A DNA stretch of 64,000 bases from Blastocatellia bacterium. GTDB taxonomy: Bacteria; Acidobacteriota; Blastocatellia; RBC074. Below the pieces are notes generated by a model. The model made no database searches and was not told the DNA's origin. It saw only the letters and a list, made by a program, of their open reading frames with translations. The stretch is from the NCBI GenBank assembly GCA_043783625.1, contig JAYVZE010000200.1:14097-78096 (forward strand), given 5' to 3'. Position 1 is the first letter of the stretch; the number at the start of each line of letters is the position of its first letter. Position numbers and translations under genes: made by a program. Below, piece by piece: positions 1 through 7,947 of this stretch.

Positions 1-1
1 G

Positions 2-502
2 CTGGCGCGGGCTGATGCCGGCCCCGCTGATTTGCATTTTGAGCCGATGAACATTGGTGATTTATGCACACGGGTAGTTGATTATTTAGCTCCGTTGGCA
101 GAAGTAAAAAATCAATCACTCGCTTACCAATCCGATTCAAAAGCTGAGCTGACCATCAAAGGAGATGCGCAGCGGCTGAAACAAATGTTGTTGAATTTAT
201 TGGATAACGCGATCAAATATACGCCGGGCGGCGGGCGCATCATGCTGACGTTAATGAAAGATAGCAAGGATGCAGTAATGATTATTTCCGACACCGGGCG
301 CGGCATTCCAACCGAAGACATTCCGCATATTTTTGAACGCTTCTTTCGGCACTCGCGTAGTACCAGCGATAAAACCGTCCAGGGTTCAGGGCTTGGGCTA
401 TCCATCGTCAAATGGATTGTCGAATCACATCAGGGAACCATCATCGCCGAAAATAATTCGGCTGGTGGCACGAAATTCACGGTGCGCTTACCGCTTCAAT
501 AA
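2..502 (+). CDS. sensor histidine kinase, C-terminal HATPase_c domain (5' truncated by window edge)
   Basis: Open frame from nt 2. Translation carries N-box LLDNAIKYT, G1 DTGRGIP, F-box FERFFR and G2 GSGLGLSIV motifs of HATPase_c. Confidence 0.8.
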   Translation: MARADAGPADLHFEPMNIGDLCTRVVDYLAPLAEVKNQSLAYQSDSKAELTIKGDAQRLKQMLLNLLDNAIKYTPGGGRIMLTLMKDSKDAVMIISDTGRGIPTEDIPHIFERFFRHSRSTSDKTVQGSGLGLSIVKWIVESHQGTIIAENNSAGGTKFTVRLPLQ

Positions 503-504
503 AA

Positions 505-579
505 ATGCAGAAGCCCGCACGTAGTAAGGGCGTCTTTTTAGATCGTAAAGATGCCCTTACTACGTGCGGGCTTCTGCAT
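505..579. repeat. REP-like palindromic element family 1 (arms ATGCAGAAGCCCGCACGTAGTAAGGGCGTC), between convergent genes
   Basis: Near-perfect 30 nt inverted repeat read directly. A second copy lies at 3804..3912. Confidence 0.75.
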
Positions 580-1827
580 CTATTTCTTCCCCGTAATCAA
601 TCTGGCTCCGCGTTGATAGGTGAAGTACGACCACGCCCAATTAAAAAGAGCGGCGACGCGATTGCGGAATCCAATCAAAAAAATCAAATGGATAAACAAC
701 CACGCTGCCCACGCAATGAAACCACTGAGATGAATTTTTCCCATCTCAGCAATCGCGGCGTGGCGTCCAATCGTAGCCATACTTCCTTTATCAAGATAGC
801 TGAACGATTGATAGGATTCGCCTTTCATCGCACGCAAAATATTTTCGGCGGCGCAGCGTCCCATCTGCATTGCCACAGGGCTGACACCCGGCAAAGGATT
901 CCCTGTCTGATGCGTAAAACTCGTCGTATCACCAATCGCAAAAATATTTTTATGATTTGGTAAAGTCAAATCAGGCTCCAGGATTAATCGCCCGATCCGA
1001 TCACGCGGAGTATTGATTTTATTGGCTAGAGCTGAAGCCTGAATCCCTGCCCCCCAAATGATCGTCGCCGCGTTGATCGTTTCGCCGTCCAGATAAACTC
1101 TGGCTTCAGCAATATTTTTGACCAGCGCATTGACGCGCACCTGCACTCCAAGCTGCGTTAGTTGCCGCTCTGCACTCGCGCTTAAATCTTCCGCAAAACT
1201 CGGCAGTACGCGGGGGCCGCCTTCCAACAAAATCACTTTAGCATCACGCGGATTAATATGTCGAAAATCTCGCGTTAAAGCGTATTGTGCCAGCTCTGAA
1301 ATCGCGCCGGCCAACTCAACTCCGGTCGGCCCGCCACCAACAACCACAAAAGTCATCAGCTCCTGACGCCGTACCAGATCATTTTCTTTTTCGGCTAATT
1401 CAAACGAGAGTAAAACACGGCGCCGAATTTCCAGCGCATCATCAAGACTTTTCATTCCCGGAGCAAATTTTTCCCAAGCATCATTTCCGAAATAACTCGT
1501 CCGTCCCCCCGTCGCAATAATCAGATAATCGTAGCTCAATTGCCCGTCGCTTAACTCAACAAGCTGCTTATCTAAATCAATGTTCGTAGCCTCACCAAGT
1601 AAAACCGTCACATTTTTTTGACTTCGGAGAATCGAACGAATCGGCGCAGCAATGTCAGCAGGAGAGAGTCCGGCGATAGCTACCTGATAAAGCAGTGGCT
1701 GGAAAAGATGATGATTCGCACGATCCAGCAGCGTGATGCGAACTGGTGCGGATTTGAGCGCACGAACTGTGGCAAGTCCTCCGAAACCAGCACCAATAAT
1801 TACGACATGTAGAAGTTGATTCGTCAT
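580..1827 (-). CDS. ndh: type II NADH:quinone oxidoreductase (NDH-2), FAD-dependent pyridine nucleotide-disulfide oxidoreductase
   Basis: N-terminal VVIIGAGFGG dinucleotide-binding motif, second GGGPTGVE motif, C-terminal membrane anchor helix, 415 aa. Confidence 0.8.
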   Translation of the reverse strand: MTNQLLHVVIIGAGFGGLATVRALKSAPVRITLLDRANHHLFQPLLYQVAIAGLSPADIAAPIRSILRSQKNVTVLLGEATNIDLDKQLVELSDGQLSYDYLIIATGGRTSYFGNDAWEKFAPGMKSLDDALEIRRRVLLSFELAEKENDLVRRQELMTFVVVGGGPTGVELAGAISELAQYALTRDFRHINPRDAKVILLEGGPRVLPSFAEDLSASAERQLTQLGVQVRVNALVKNIAEARVYLDGETINAATIIWGAGIQASALANKINTPRDRIGRLILEPDLTLPNHKNIFAIGDTTSFTHQTGNPLPGVSPVAMQMGRCAAENILRAMKGESYQSFSYLDKGSMATIGRHAAIAEMGKIHLSGFIAWAAWLFIHLIFLIGFRNRVAALFNWAWSYFTYQRGARLITGKK

Positions 1828-1890
1828 AAGAAGTCCTCAATAAAATCATACGATGAACACGTCACGATTTGTTCTCAGGGCGGTGGCTTT

Positions 1891-1955
1891 GGTGTGCCAG
1901 CATCCTGCTGGCAAATATTCATGAAGAAAAGCTGCCGGCAAGATGCTGGCGCACC
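1891..1955. repeat. inverted repeat containing GCNNGCAGGATGCNNGC hairpin motif (family also at 6204..6366, 25386..25444, 57107..57210)
   Basis: Arms ggtgtgccagcatcctgctggcaa and ctgccggcaagatgctggcgcacc are near reverse complements. Each arm carries an internal hairpin. Confidence 0.6.
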
Positions 1956-1970
1956 AATTGAAAGTTTGCT

Positions 1971-2753
1971 CTACAAAAATATTCGCCTAAAATTCGCGGT
2001 GGTAATCGCTGCGATTTCTTCAAAACTGACGTTCTGCAAAGCTGCCAATTGCATCGCAGTTTCTTTCACGAACGCAGGTTCATTGCGCTTTCCGCGATAC
2101 GGCACAGGCGCGAGGAACGGGCAATCCGTTTCGATCAATAAACGATCTTTCGGAACCGAAGCCGCTACTGCTCGCAAAGCATCCGCATTTTTGAACGTGA
2201 TAACTCCTGAAAAAGAAATCATAAAACCCATCGCCAACGCCGCATCTGCGAGTGTTTGTGTTCCGGTAAAGCAATGAATAATGCCCCCACGTTTTTTCAA
2301 ATCGTGCTGAAAATAAGCATCGCGCAAAATCTCTATCGTATCTTCTTCGGCGTCGCGGGTATGAATAATGACGGGCAAATCCGCCTGCAACGTCAGTTCT
2401 AATTGACGCCTGAAAACTTGTTGCTGCACTTCGCGCGGGCTGTGATCGTAGTAATAATCCAAGCCGATTTCACCCCAGCCAATCACTTTCGGATGCTGCG
2501 CCAGAGTCACAAATTTTTGTTCGAGAGCTTCATCGTATAAACTGGCTTCGTGCGGATGAAGACCGATGGCGGCATAAATGAAATCGTGTTTTTCAGCCAG
2601 AGCGATGCCAATATCCAATGACCCTTTGGCAACATCGCTCCCGGCAATTTCGAGAAATAATTCAACTCCGGCGGCTTGAGCGCGAGCAATTACGTCGTCA
2701 CGATCTTCATCAAAAGCGGGCGTATCTAAATGAGCGTGTGAATCTATCAACAT
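1971..2753 (-). CDS. tatD: TatD family metal-dependent hydrolase (DNase)
   Basis: MLIDSHAHLD start motif, conserved His/Glu/Asp TIM-barrel metal ligands, about 260 aa. ATG at 2753 preferred over TTG at 2786. Confidence 0.8.
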   Translation of the reverse strand: MLIDSHAHLDTPAFDEDRDDVIARAQAAGVELFLEIAGSDVAKGSLDIGIALAEKHDFIYAAIGLHPHEASLYDEALEQKFVTLAQHPKVIGWGEIGLDYYYDHSPREVQQQVFRRQLELTLQADLPVIIHTRDAEEDTIEILRDAYFQHDLKKRGGIIHCFTGTQTLADAALAMGFMISFSGVITFKNADALRAVAASVPKDRLLIETDCPFLAPVPYRGKRNEPAFVKETAMQLAALQNVSFEEIAAITTANFRRIFL

Positions 2754-2846
2754 ATCTATGACAATTTCCTGAAACTTTGAGAGCAAAATAAATGATGTGA
2801 TGAACTATCAATGTACACGACGCAATGCGAATCAAGAAGATTTTTT

Positions 2847-2960
2847 CCACGAAGGACACGAAGGGACATGAAGAAAAACATTTTTTTAGTGACCAAAAAA
2901 TTACAGAGATTTCTCTTTATTGGTGATGTCTTTCTTCGTGTCCCTTCGTGTCCTTCGTGG
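2847..2960. promoter_or_regulatory. 30 bp near-perfect inverted repeat (CCACGAAGGACACGAAGGGACATGAAGAAA) flanking a 54 bp AT-rich spacer in the divergent tatD/mqnA promoter region
   Basis: Arms 2847..2876 and 2931..2960 are reverse complements with one mismatch. Lies between divergently transcribed genes. Confidence 0.5.
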
Positions 2961-2991
2961 ATGATAAATTCTTTTCCTGCTTGTTAACTAT

Positions 2992-3804
2992 ATGCGAATT
3001 GCCGCTTCAACTTATCTCAATTCTGCGCCGTTGATTTACAGTTTCACTTCCGGCATGCAGCGCAATCGCGCCATTTTTATTGGCGATGCGGCTCCCGCTC
3101 GTTGTGCGCAAATGTTAGCGAACGGGCAATGCGACATCGCGTTAATTCCGGTGATTGAATACCTGCGAATCCCGAACCTCCGCATCATCCCGAACGTGGC
3201 CGTAGCCTCTAAAAACCGGATCGAAAGCGTCATCCTTGCCACCAAATGCGAACCAAATAAAATTTCAAAAATCGCCTTGGACAGCTCTTCGCGCACTTCG
3301 CAAACCTTAGTCAAAATTTTGATGGCAAACCGGTTTCATCACCAGCCAACTTATTGCGAACGACTTCCTGATCCCGGCTGCGCGAATATGTTTGAGGGAA
3401 CCGACGCCGCGCTGGTGATTGGCGATCCCGCTTTTCACGTCAAAGCCAACGCCGAACGGCTTCATTTGAAGATTTACGACTTAGCCGAAGAGTGGAGAGC
3501 CTTAACCGATTTGCCCTTTGTCTTCGCCGTCTGGGTCGTGCGCGAAGATGCTTTGCCGGAATATCATCGCTTCAAATTAGATTTTGAAATGGCGAAACGC
3601 GAAGGATTGGAACGCGCTCACGAAATCGCGGAACAATACGCGACAGTACTGAATAAATCTTCTGCTGAATTATTTTCTTATCTCACGAAAAATGTGAACT
3701 ACGAATTAGACGGCGAAAATTTAGCAGGGCTGCGCGAATATTTCCGAGAAGCGTTTGAATTGCGATTGGTTGAGCAACAGAAAGAATTATTATTTGTCTC
3801 CTAA
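2992..3804 (+). CDS. mqnA: chorismate dehydratase MqnA (futalosine pathway of menaquinone biosynthesis; MqnA/MqnD family)
   Basis: Motifs LNSAPLIYSF, DIALIPV, SRTSQTLVKIL, LVIGDPAF and DLPFVFAVWVVRED match the MqnA periplasmic-binding-like fold family. Confidence 0.65.
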   Translation: MRIAASTYLNSAPLIYSFTSGMQRNRAIFIGDAAPARCAQMLANGQCDIALIPVIEYLRIPNLRIIPNVAVASKNRIESVILATKCEPNKISKIALDSSSRTSQTLVKILMANRFHHQPTYCERLPDPGCANMFEGTDAALVIGDPAFHVKANAERLHLKIYDLAEEWRALTDLPFVFAVWVVREDALPEYHRFKLDFEMAKREGLERAHEIAEQYATVLNKSSAELFSYLTKNVNYELDGENLAGLREYFREAFELRLVEQQKELLFVS

Positions 3805-3912
3805 TGCAGAAGCCCGCACACAGTAAGGGCGTCTTTTCTCCACAAGAATTATAGATATTTTTTAGTGCCTTCAAAATGTGAAGGCGCCCTTACTGCGTGC
3901 GGGCTTCTGCAT
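3804..3912. repeat. REP-like palindromic element family 1, copy 2, with inner hairpin gccttcaaaatgtgaaggc
   Basis: Arms atgcagaagcccgcacacagtaagggcgtc and ggcgcccttactgcgtgcgggcttctgcat. Same sequence family as 505..579. Confidence 0.75.
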
Positions 3913-3996
3913 TCTTTCTGCAAAAATAATTGTCAGTTGATAATGGGTAGTTGATAATGTTCCTCGCCAAACTTCTTTCCCCGGAGTTCAAAATTT

Positions 3997-6201
3997 ATGA
4001 ATAAAATTCTTCATCTCGCGCTCTTCATTTTATTGTTTCTTTCCCCACTTCAGGCGCAAACCAAGCGCGGATTCCTGCCCGAAGACCTCTATCAACTCAA
4101 GGACGTTGCCGATGCCAACATTTCTCCTGACGGCTCCCGCGTCGCCTACACCGTCACCGAAGTCAGTGCCGATCATTCGCGCAACGTCACGCACATCTGG
4201 TTAGTCAAAACCGAAGGCGGCGAACCAACCCGCTTAACAAAAGATGCTGCTGATGAAAGCACTCCGCGCTGGTCACCGGATGGAAAATGGCTCGCGTATT
4301 ATTCACAAGATGCTTTATGGGTCATCAACCCTGATGGCGGAAAGTCGCTGCATTTGCCGGATGGGAATTGGGTGAAGACGCCAAATACCGAACCACAAAA
4401 AATCACTCGTGTCGCCCGGACAAATTTCTTTTTTACCAAAGCCGGAGAAAGCTTCACCTGGTCGCCTGACAGCAAACAAATTGCGTTTGTGAGTGATCCG
4501 ATCATTCTGCCTCCAAACCCAATGATGGAGCGGCTGACACGTGGTTTAAGTCAGGACGAATTGATGCGGCTTCCGACCGAAACCAGAAATACAATTTTGA
4601 AAGCGCAGGGGAAATCTGCCGAACAAATTTCCGCGCTGGAAGCGGATTACAAAGCACAACAGGCGAAAGCCAGCAACTACACGACTGATGTCAAAGTCGT
4701 GACGCGGTTGCAGTACAAATCACGGACTTCGTTTTCAGACAATTTGCAATCCCACATTTTTATTGCAGACGTAGCAACGAAAGAACTGCGCCAATTGACG
4801 AGTGGAAATTATGCCGAGCATTCCATCAACTGGTCTCCGAAAGGCGATGAAATTGTCTTCGTCTCCAACCACGAACCCGATCCCGACAAAATTAACAACA
4901 CCGATTTATTTGTAGCCAACGTCACCACAGGCGCAGTGCGACAACTGACCAAAACAAAGGGCTGCGAATGGCAACCCGTGTTTTCGCCGGATGGCAGTCA
5001 GATTGCGTATCTGGCTACGACACGCGATGTGACGACGATTGATAGTGTGGCAGAAGATGCACATGCTTGGGTGATTTCAGCAAATGGTGAGAATGCGAAA
5101 GAATCCAGATCGCCGAAGAATGAGGATACTGGGCGGACAATGACAGTGAAATGGTGGAATAAATCTGAACCTGCTTTTCTTACAAATCACATGGGGCAAA
5201 CATATTTTTATGTAGGAATACCATTCCGCCAGCTCTTGGATAGTGCATTTGCCCAAATAAATAATTTCTCCGTATCTAATGGAATAAAATTTGTAAACGT
5301 CATTAATCATGATACTAAAATTCCAGAGGTATACTGTAAAACTTTATCAACTCCGCTAAACTCACATTTAAATCCGATTTCAGTAAAATCTTTATCAAGC
5401 CACAACAAAGCGCTCCAAGATTTGCTTCAGTTCGCTCCAATGATCGAATTTCAATTTCCAAACGAAGGTTTTGAGATAGAAGGCTGGCTTGTGCTTCCGA
5501 TTAATCTCGATGAGAAGAAAAAATATCCGGTGATTCTTTATATTCACGGCGGGCCGCACGGGATGCACGGGTACAGTTTCAATGCGACGGTGCAGGCTCT
5601 CGCGGCGAAAGGTTATGGCGTACTGCTCATCAATCCGCGTGGCTCATCCGGCTACGGACAAAAATTTTCGGATGGATGCGTGAATGATTGGGGCGGCGGC
5701 GATTACCGCGATTTGATGCGCGGCGTAGATGTCGCGCTGGAAAAATTTTCGTATCTCGACAAAGACCGCAGGGGCGTGATGGGCGGCAGCTACGGCGGCT
5801 ATATGACGAATTGGATTGTCACGCAAAACGACCGTTTCAAAGCCGCGATTGCCTCCGCGAGCCTGTCAAATCTGATCAGTTTTTATTCGACTTCGCTCTA
5901 TCAGGATTTGGTTCACGCCGAATTCAACGGGATGCCGTGGGACAATTACGAAAAATTGTGGGATCGTTCGCCGCTCAAACATATCAAAAATGTGAAGACG
6001 CCGACGATGCTCATCCACGGCGAAAACGACAACGATGTTCACATCACGCAAGCCGAAGAAATGTACACCGCCCTGAAAATGCGCGGCGTAGACACAGTGC
6101 TGGTGCGCTACCCGCGCGAAGGTCACGACATCCGCGAACCGAAACATCGCGTGGATAATTTGCAGAGAAATTTGGATTGGTTTGAGAAATATTTGAAGTA
6201 G
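3997..6201 (+). CDS. secreted S9 family serine peptidase (prolyl oligopeptidase / acylaminoacyl-peptidase type) with N-terminal TolB-like beta-propeller
   Basis: Signal peptide, SPDG propeller repeats, catalytic GGSYGGYM (GxSxG) nucleophile elbow, Asp and His in the C-terminal alpha/beta-hydrolase domain. Confidence 0.8.
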   Translation: MNKILHLALFILLFLSPLQAQTKRGFLPEDLYQLKDVADANISPDGSRVAYTVTEVSADHSRNVTHIWLVKTEGGEPTRLTKDAADESTPRWSPDGKWLAYYSQDALWVINPDGGKSLHLPDGNWVKTPNTEPQKITRVARTNFFFTKAGESFTWSPDSKQIAFVSDPIILPPNPMMERLTRGLSQDELMRLPTETRNTILKAQGKSAEQISALEADYKAQQAKASNYTTDVKVVTRLQYKSRTSFSDNLQSHIFIADVATKELRQLTSGNYAEHSINWSPKGDEIVFVSNHEPDPDKINNTDLFVANVTTGAVRQLTKTKGCEWQPVFSPDGSQIAYLATTRDVTTIDSVAEDAHAWVISANGENAKESRSPKNEDTGRTMTVKWWNKSEPAFLTNHMGQTYFYVGIPFRQLLDSAFAQINNFSVSNGIKFVNVINHDTKIPEVYCKTLSTPLNSHLNPISVKSLSSHNKALQDLLQFAPMIEFQFPNEGFEIEGWLVLPINLDEKKKYPVILYIHGGPHGMHGYSFNATVQALAAKGYGVLLINPRGSSGYGQKFSDGCVNDWGGGDYRDLMRGVDVALEKFSYLDKDRRGVMGGSYGGYMTNWIVTQNDRFKAAIASASLSNLISFYSTSLYQDLVHAEFNGMPWDNYEKLWDRSPLKHIKNVKTPTMLIHGENDNDVHITQAEEMYTALKMRGVDTVLVRYPREGHDIREPKHRVDNLQRNLDWFEKYLK

Positions 6202-6203
6202 TC

Positions 6204-6366
6204 GGAGCGCCAGCATCCTGCTGGCTCCGCGAGCGCGTGCAACGCCGCTCGCGTAACGTGGCGAGGAGTGCGAGTGATTTGCCAGTTAGCTCCCTCACCA
6301 AAAGCATTTGCATCGCTCGCGCTTGCAAACGCAGCAAGCAGGATGCTTGCGCTCCCAGTACGCTCC
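6204..6366. repeat. compound palindromic element carrying two copies of the GCNNGCAGGATGCNNGC(G/A)CTCC hairpin motif, between convergent genes
   Basis: ggagcgccagcatcctgctggctcc at 6204..6228 and gcaagcaggatgcttgcgctcccag at 6331..6355, with further internal hairpins. Confidence 0.6.
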
Positions 6367-6368
6367 AA

Positions 6369-7793
6369 TTATTGCGGAGTAAATTGTTTCAGGCTGATCT
6401 CACTCGCAATCTGCTGACGCGCTTTATTCAGTGAAGAAAATCTTCCCGCCGCGACTGCTTGCACCAACACATTGCCAATCACCGTCGCTTCAATCGGGCC
6501 TGCTAAAACAGGCTTCTTGCAGGCATTTGCGGTCGCTTGATTCAAATAATTATTCAGCGAACCGCCACCCACAATTTGCACGCCGCGAATTAATTTTCCG
6601 GTGAGTTCTTCAATCGTGCGAATGACCGAAGCGTAACGAAGCGCGAGCGAATCAAGAATTATTTTCGCAATAAATGCTGGCTCGTCACTGTTTTTTTGTC
6701 CGCCCTCAATCAGTAATTCTTTGATCGCAGCCAACATACTCGGCGGATTAAAAAGCCGCTCATCATCTGGAAAAATAACAACGGAATCACCTGAAATTTT
6801 TGCGACATCGGCAAGCAATCCATCGTAATCAACGCTCAAGCCTTGTGTCTGCCATTCCTTGCGACAGGATTCCAACAACCACAATCCCATCACATTTTTT
6901 AGAAAACGAATGGTGCCGAATGCGCCACCTTCGTTGGTGAAATTATGTTCGGCAGTTGCGGCATTGATGAGCGGCGCATAAAGCTCTAGGCCGACGAGTG
7001 ACCAAGTGCCCGAAGAAATATATGCCCAGTCGTTTAGCAACGGCGCACCTGCGACTGCGCTGCCCGTGTCGTGCGTAGCGGGTGCAATGACTTTTACATT
7101 GTGCAAATTCAATTCTTCGGCAAGCTCAGGTTTCAAGAATCCAACTTCGTCTCCGGTGGAAATAATCTCAGTGAATAAATGTTGTGGCAGACTGAGCGCA
7201 GCAATAATTTTTTCATCCCACGTGCGGCTTTCCGCATTCACCATTTGCATCGTCGTCGCGTTCGTATATTCCGTGACAGCCTTGCCCGTCAGAAAAAAAT
7301 TTATCAGGTCAGGCATCAGCAAAAGCCTGTCAGCATTGGTCGCAATACCTGCTTTCGCGTGGGCGCAGAGTTGCGAACTGGTGTTGAGCGTCAAAAATTG
7401 AATCCCCGTCCTAGCATAAATTTCTTCACGCGGCAGCTGCTCAAACAGTCGCTCAAAAATATTTGCCGTTCGTTCATCGCGATAACAAATCGGGTCTTCA
7501 ATCAAATTCCCCTGCGCGTCAATTAAGCCATAATCCACTGCCCAACTGTCTACGCCAAGGCTGTGAATAGGGCGTCCGAGCGCATTCGCACGTTTCGCGG
7601 CGGCGGACAATCCAATTTTAATTTCTGAAAATATATGCGTGAAGTCCCAGCGCAAATGTCCATCCAACTGACGCGGCGGATATTGAAAACGATGCGTTTG
7701 CTCCAGTAAAAATTCACCGGATGAAAGTCCAGCCAAAAAGACGCGTCCACTGCCCGCGCCCAGATCAACCGCAATATAAAGAAAGTTATTCAT
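6369..7793 (-). CDS. rhaB: FGGY-family carbohydrate kinase, rhamnulokinase-like
   Basis: N-terminal AVDLGAGSGRV phosphate-1 motif typical of RhaB, FGGY N- and C-domains, 474 aa. Sits in the rhamnose locus. Confidence 0.65.
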   Translation of the reverse strand: MNNFLYIAVDLGAGSGRVFLAGLSSGEFLLEQTHRFQYPPRQLDGHLRWDFTHIFSEIKIGLSAAAKRANALGRPIHSLGVDSWAVDYGLIDAQGNLIEDPICYRDERTANIFERLFEQLPREEIYARTGIQFLTLNTSSQLCAHAKAGIATNADRLLLMPDLINFFLTGKAVTEYTNATTMQMVNAESRTWDEKIIAALSLPQHLFTEIISTGDEVGFLKPELAEELNLHNVKVIAPATHDTGSAVAGAPLLNDWAYISSGTWSLVGLELYAPLINAATAEHNFTNEGGAFGTIRFLKNVMGLWLLESCRKEWQTQGLSVDYDGLLADVAKISGDSVVIFPDDERLFNPPSMLAAIKELLIEGGQKNSDEPAFIAKIILDSLALRYASVIRTIEELTGKLIRGVQIVGGGSLNNYLNQATANACKKPVLAGPIEATVIGNVLVQAVAAGRFSSLNKARQQIASEISLKQFTPQ

Positions 7794-7864
7794 GACAAAA
7801 AATAGAGTGCGGAAAGTAAGAAATTTACTTTCCGCACTCTATTGTATCATCAAGAATCTATCAG

Positions 7865-7938
7865 AGTCAGTACTACCTGCGGTAGCGGGTGGAAGTAGCG
7901 TTGATGCTCACCACCCGCTACCGCAGGTGGTACTGACT
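7865..7938. repeat. REP element family 2 (arms AGTCAGTACCACCTGCGGTAGCGGGTGG), doublet hairpin; same family as the REPs flanking the RAYT gene
   Basis: 28 nt inverted repeat with 18 nt spacer immediately downstream of the receptor stop codon. Confidence 0.75.
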
Positions 7939-7947
7939 TCGCATAAA

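Noticed and set aside
505-963. 152 aa plus-strand ORF starting inside the REP element and running antisense through the ndh gene
   Set aside because: Entirely overlapped by the well-supported NDH-2 gene on the opposite strand. Starts inside a palindromic repeat. No recognisable motifs.
5688-6158. 156 aa Arg-rich ORF (plus strand, alternative frame) and overlapping minus-strand ORFs within the peptidase 3' region
   Set aside because: Lies inside the S9 peptidase catalytic-domain coding sequence. Extreme Arg content is the typical signature of an out-of-frame reading of GC-rich coding DNA.
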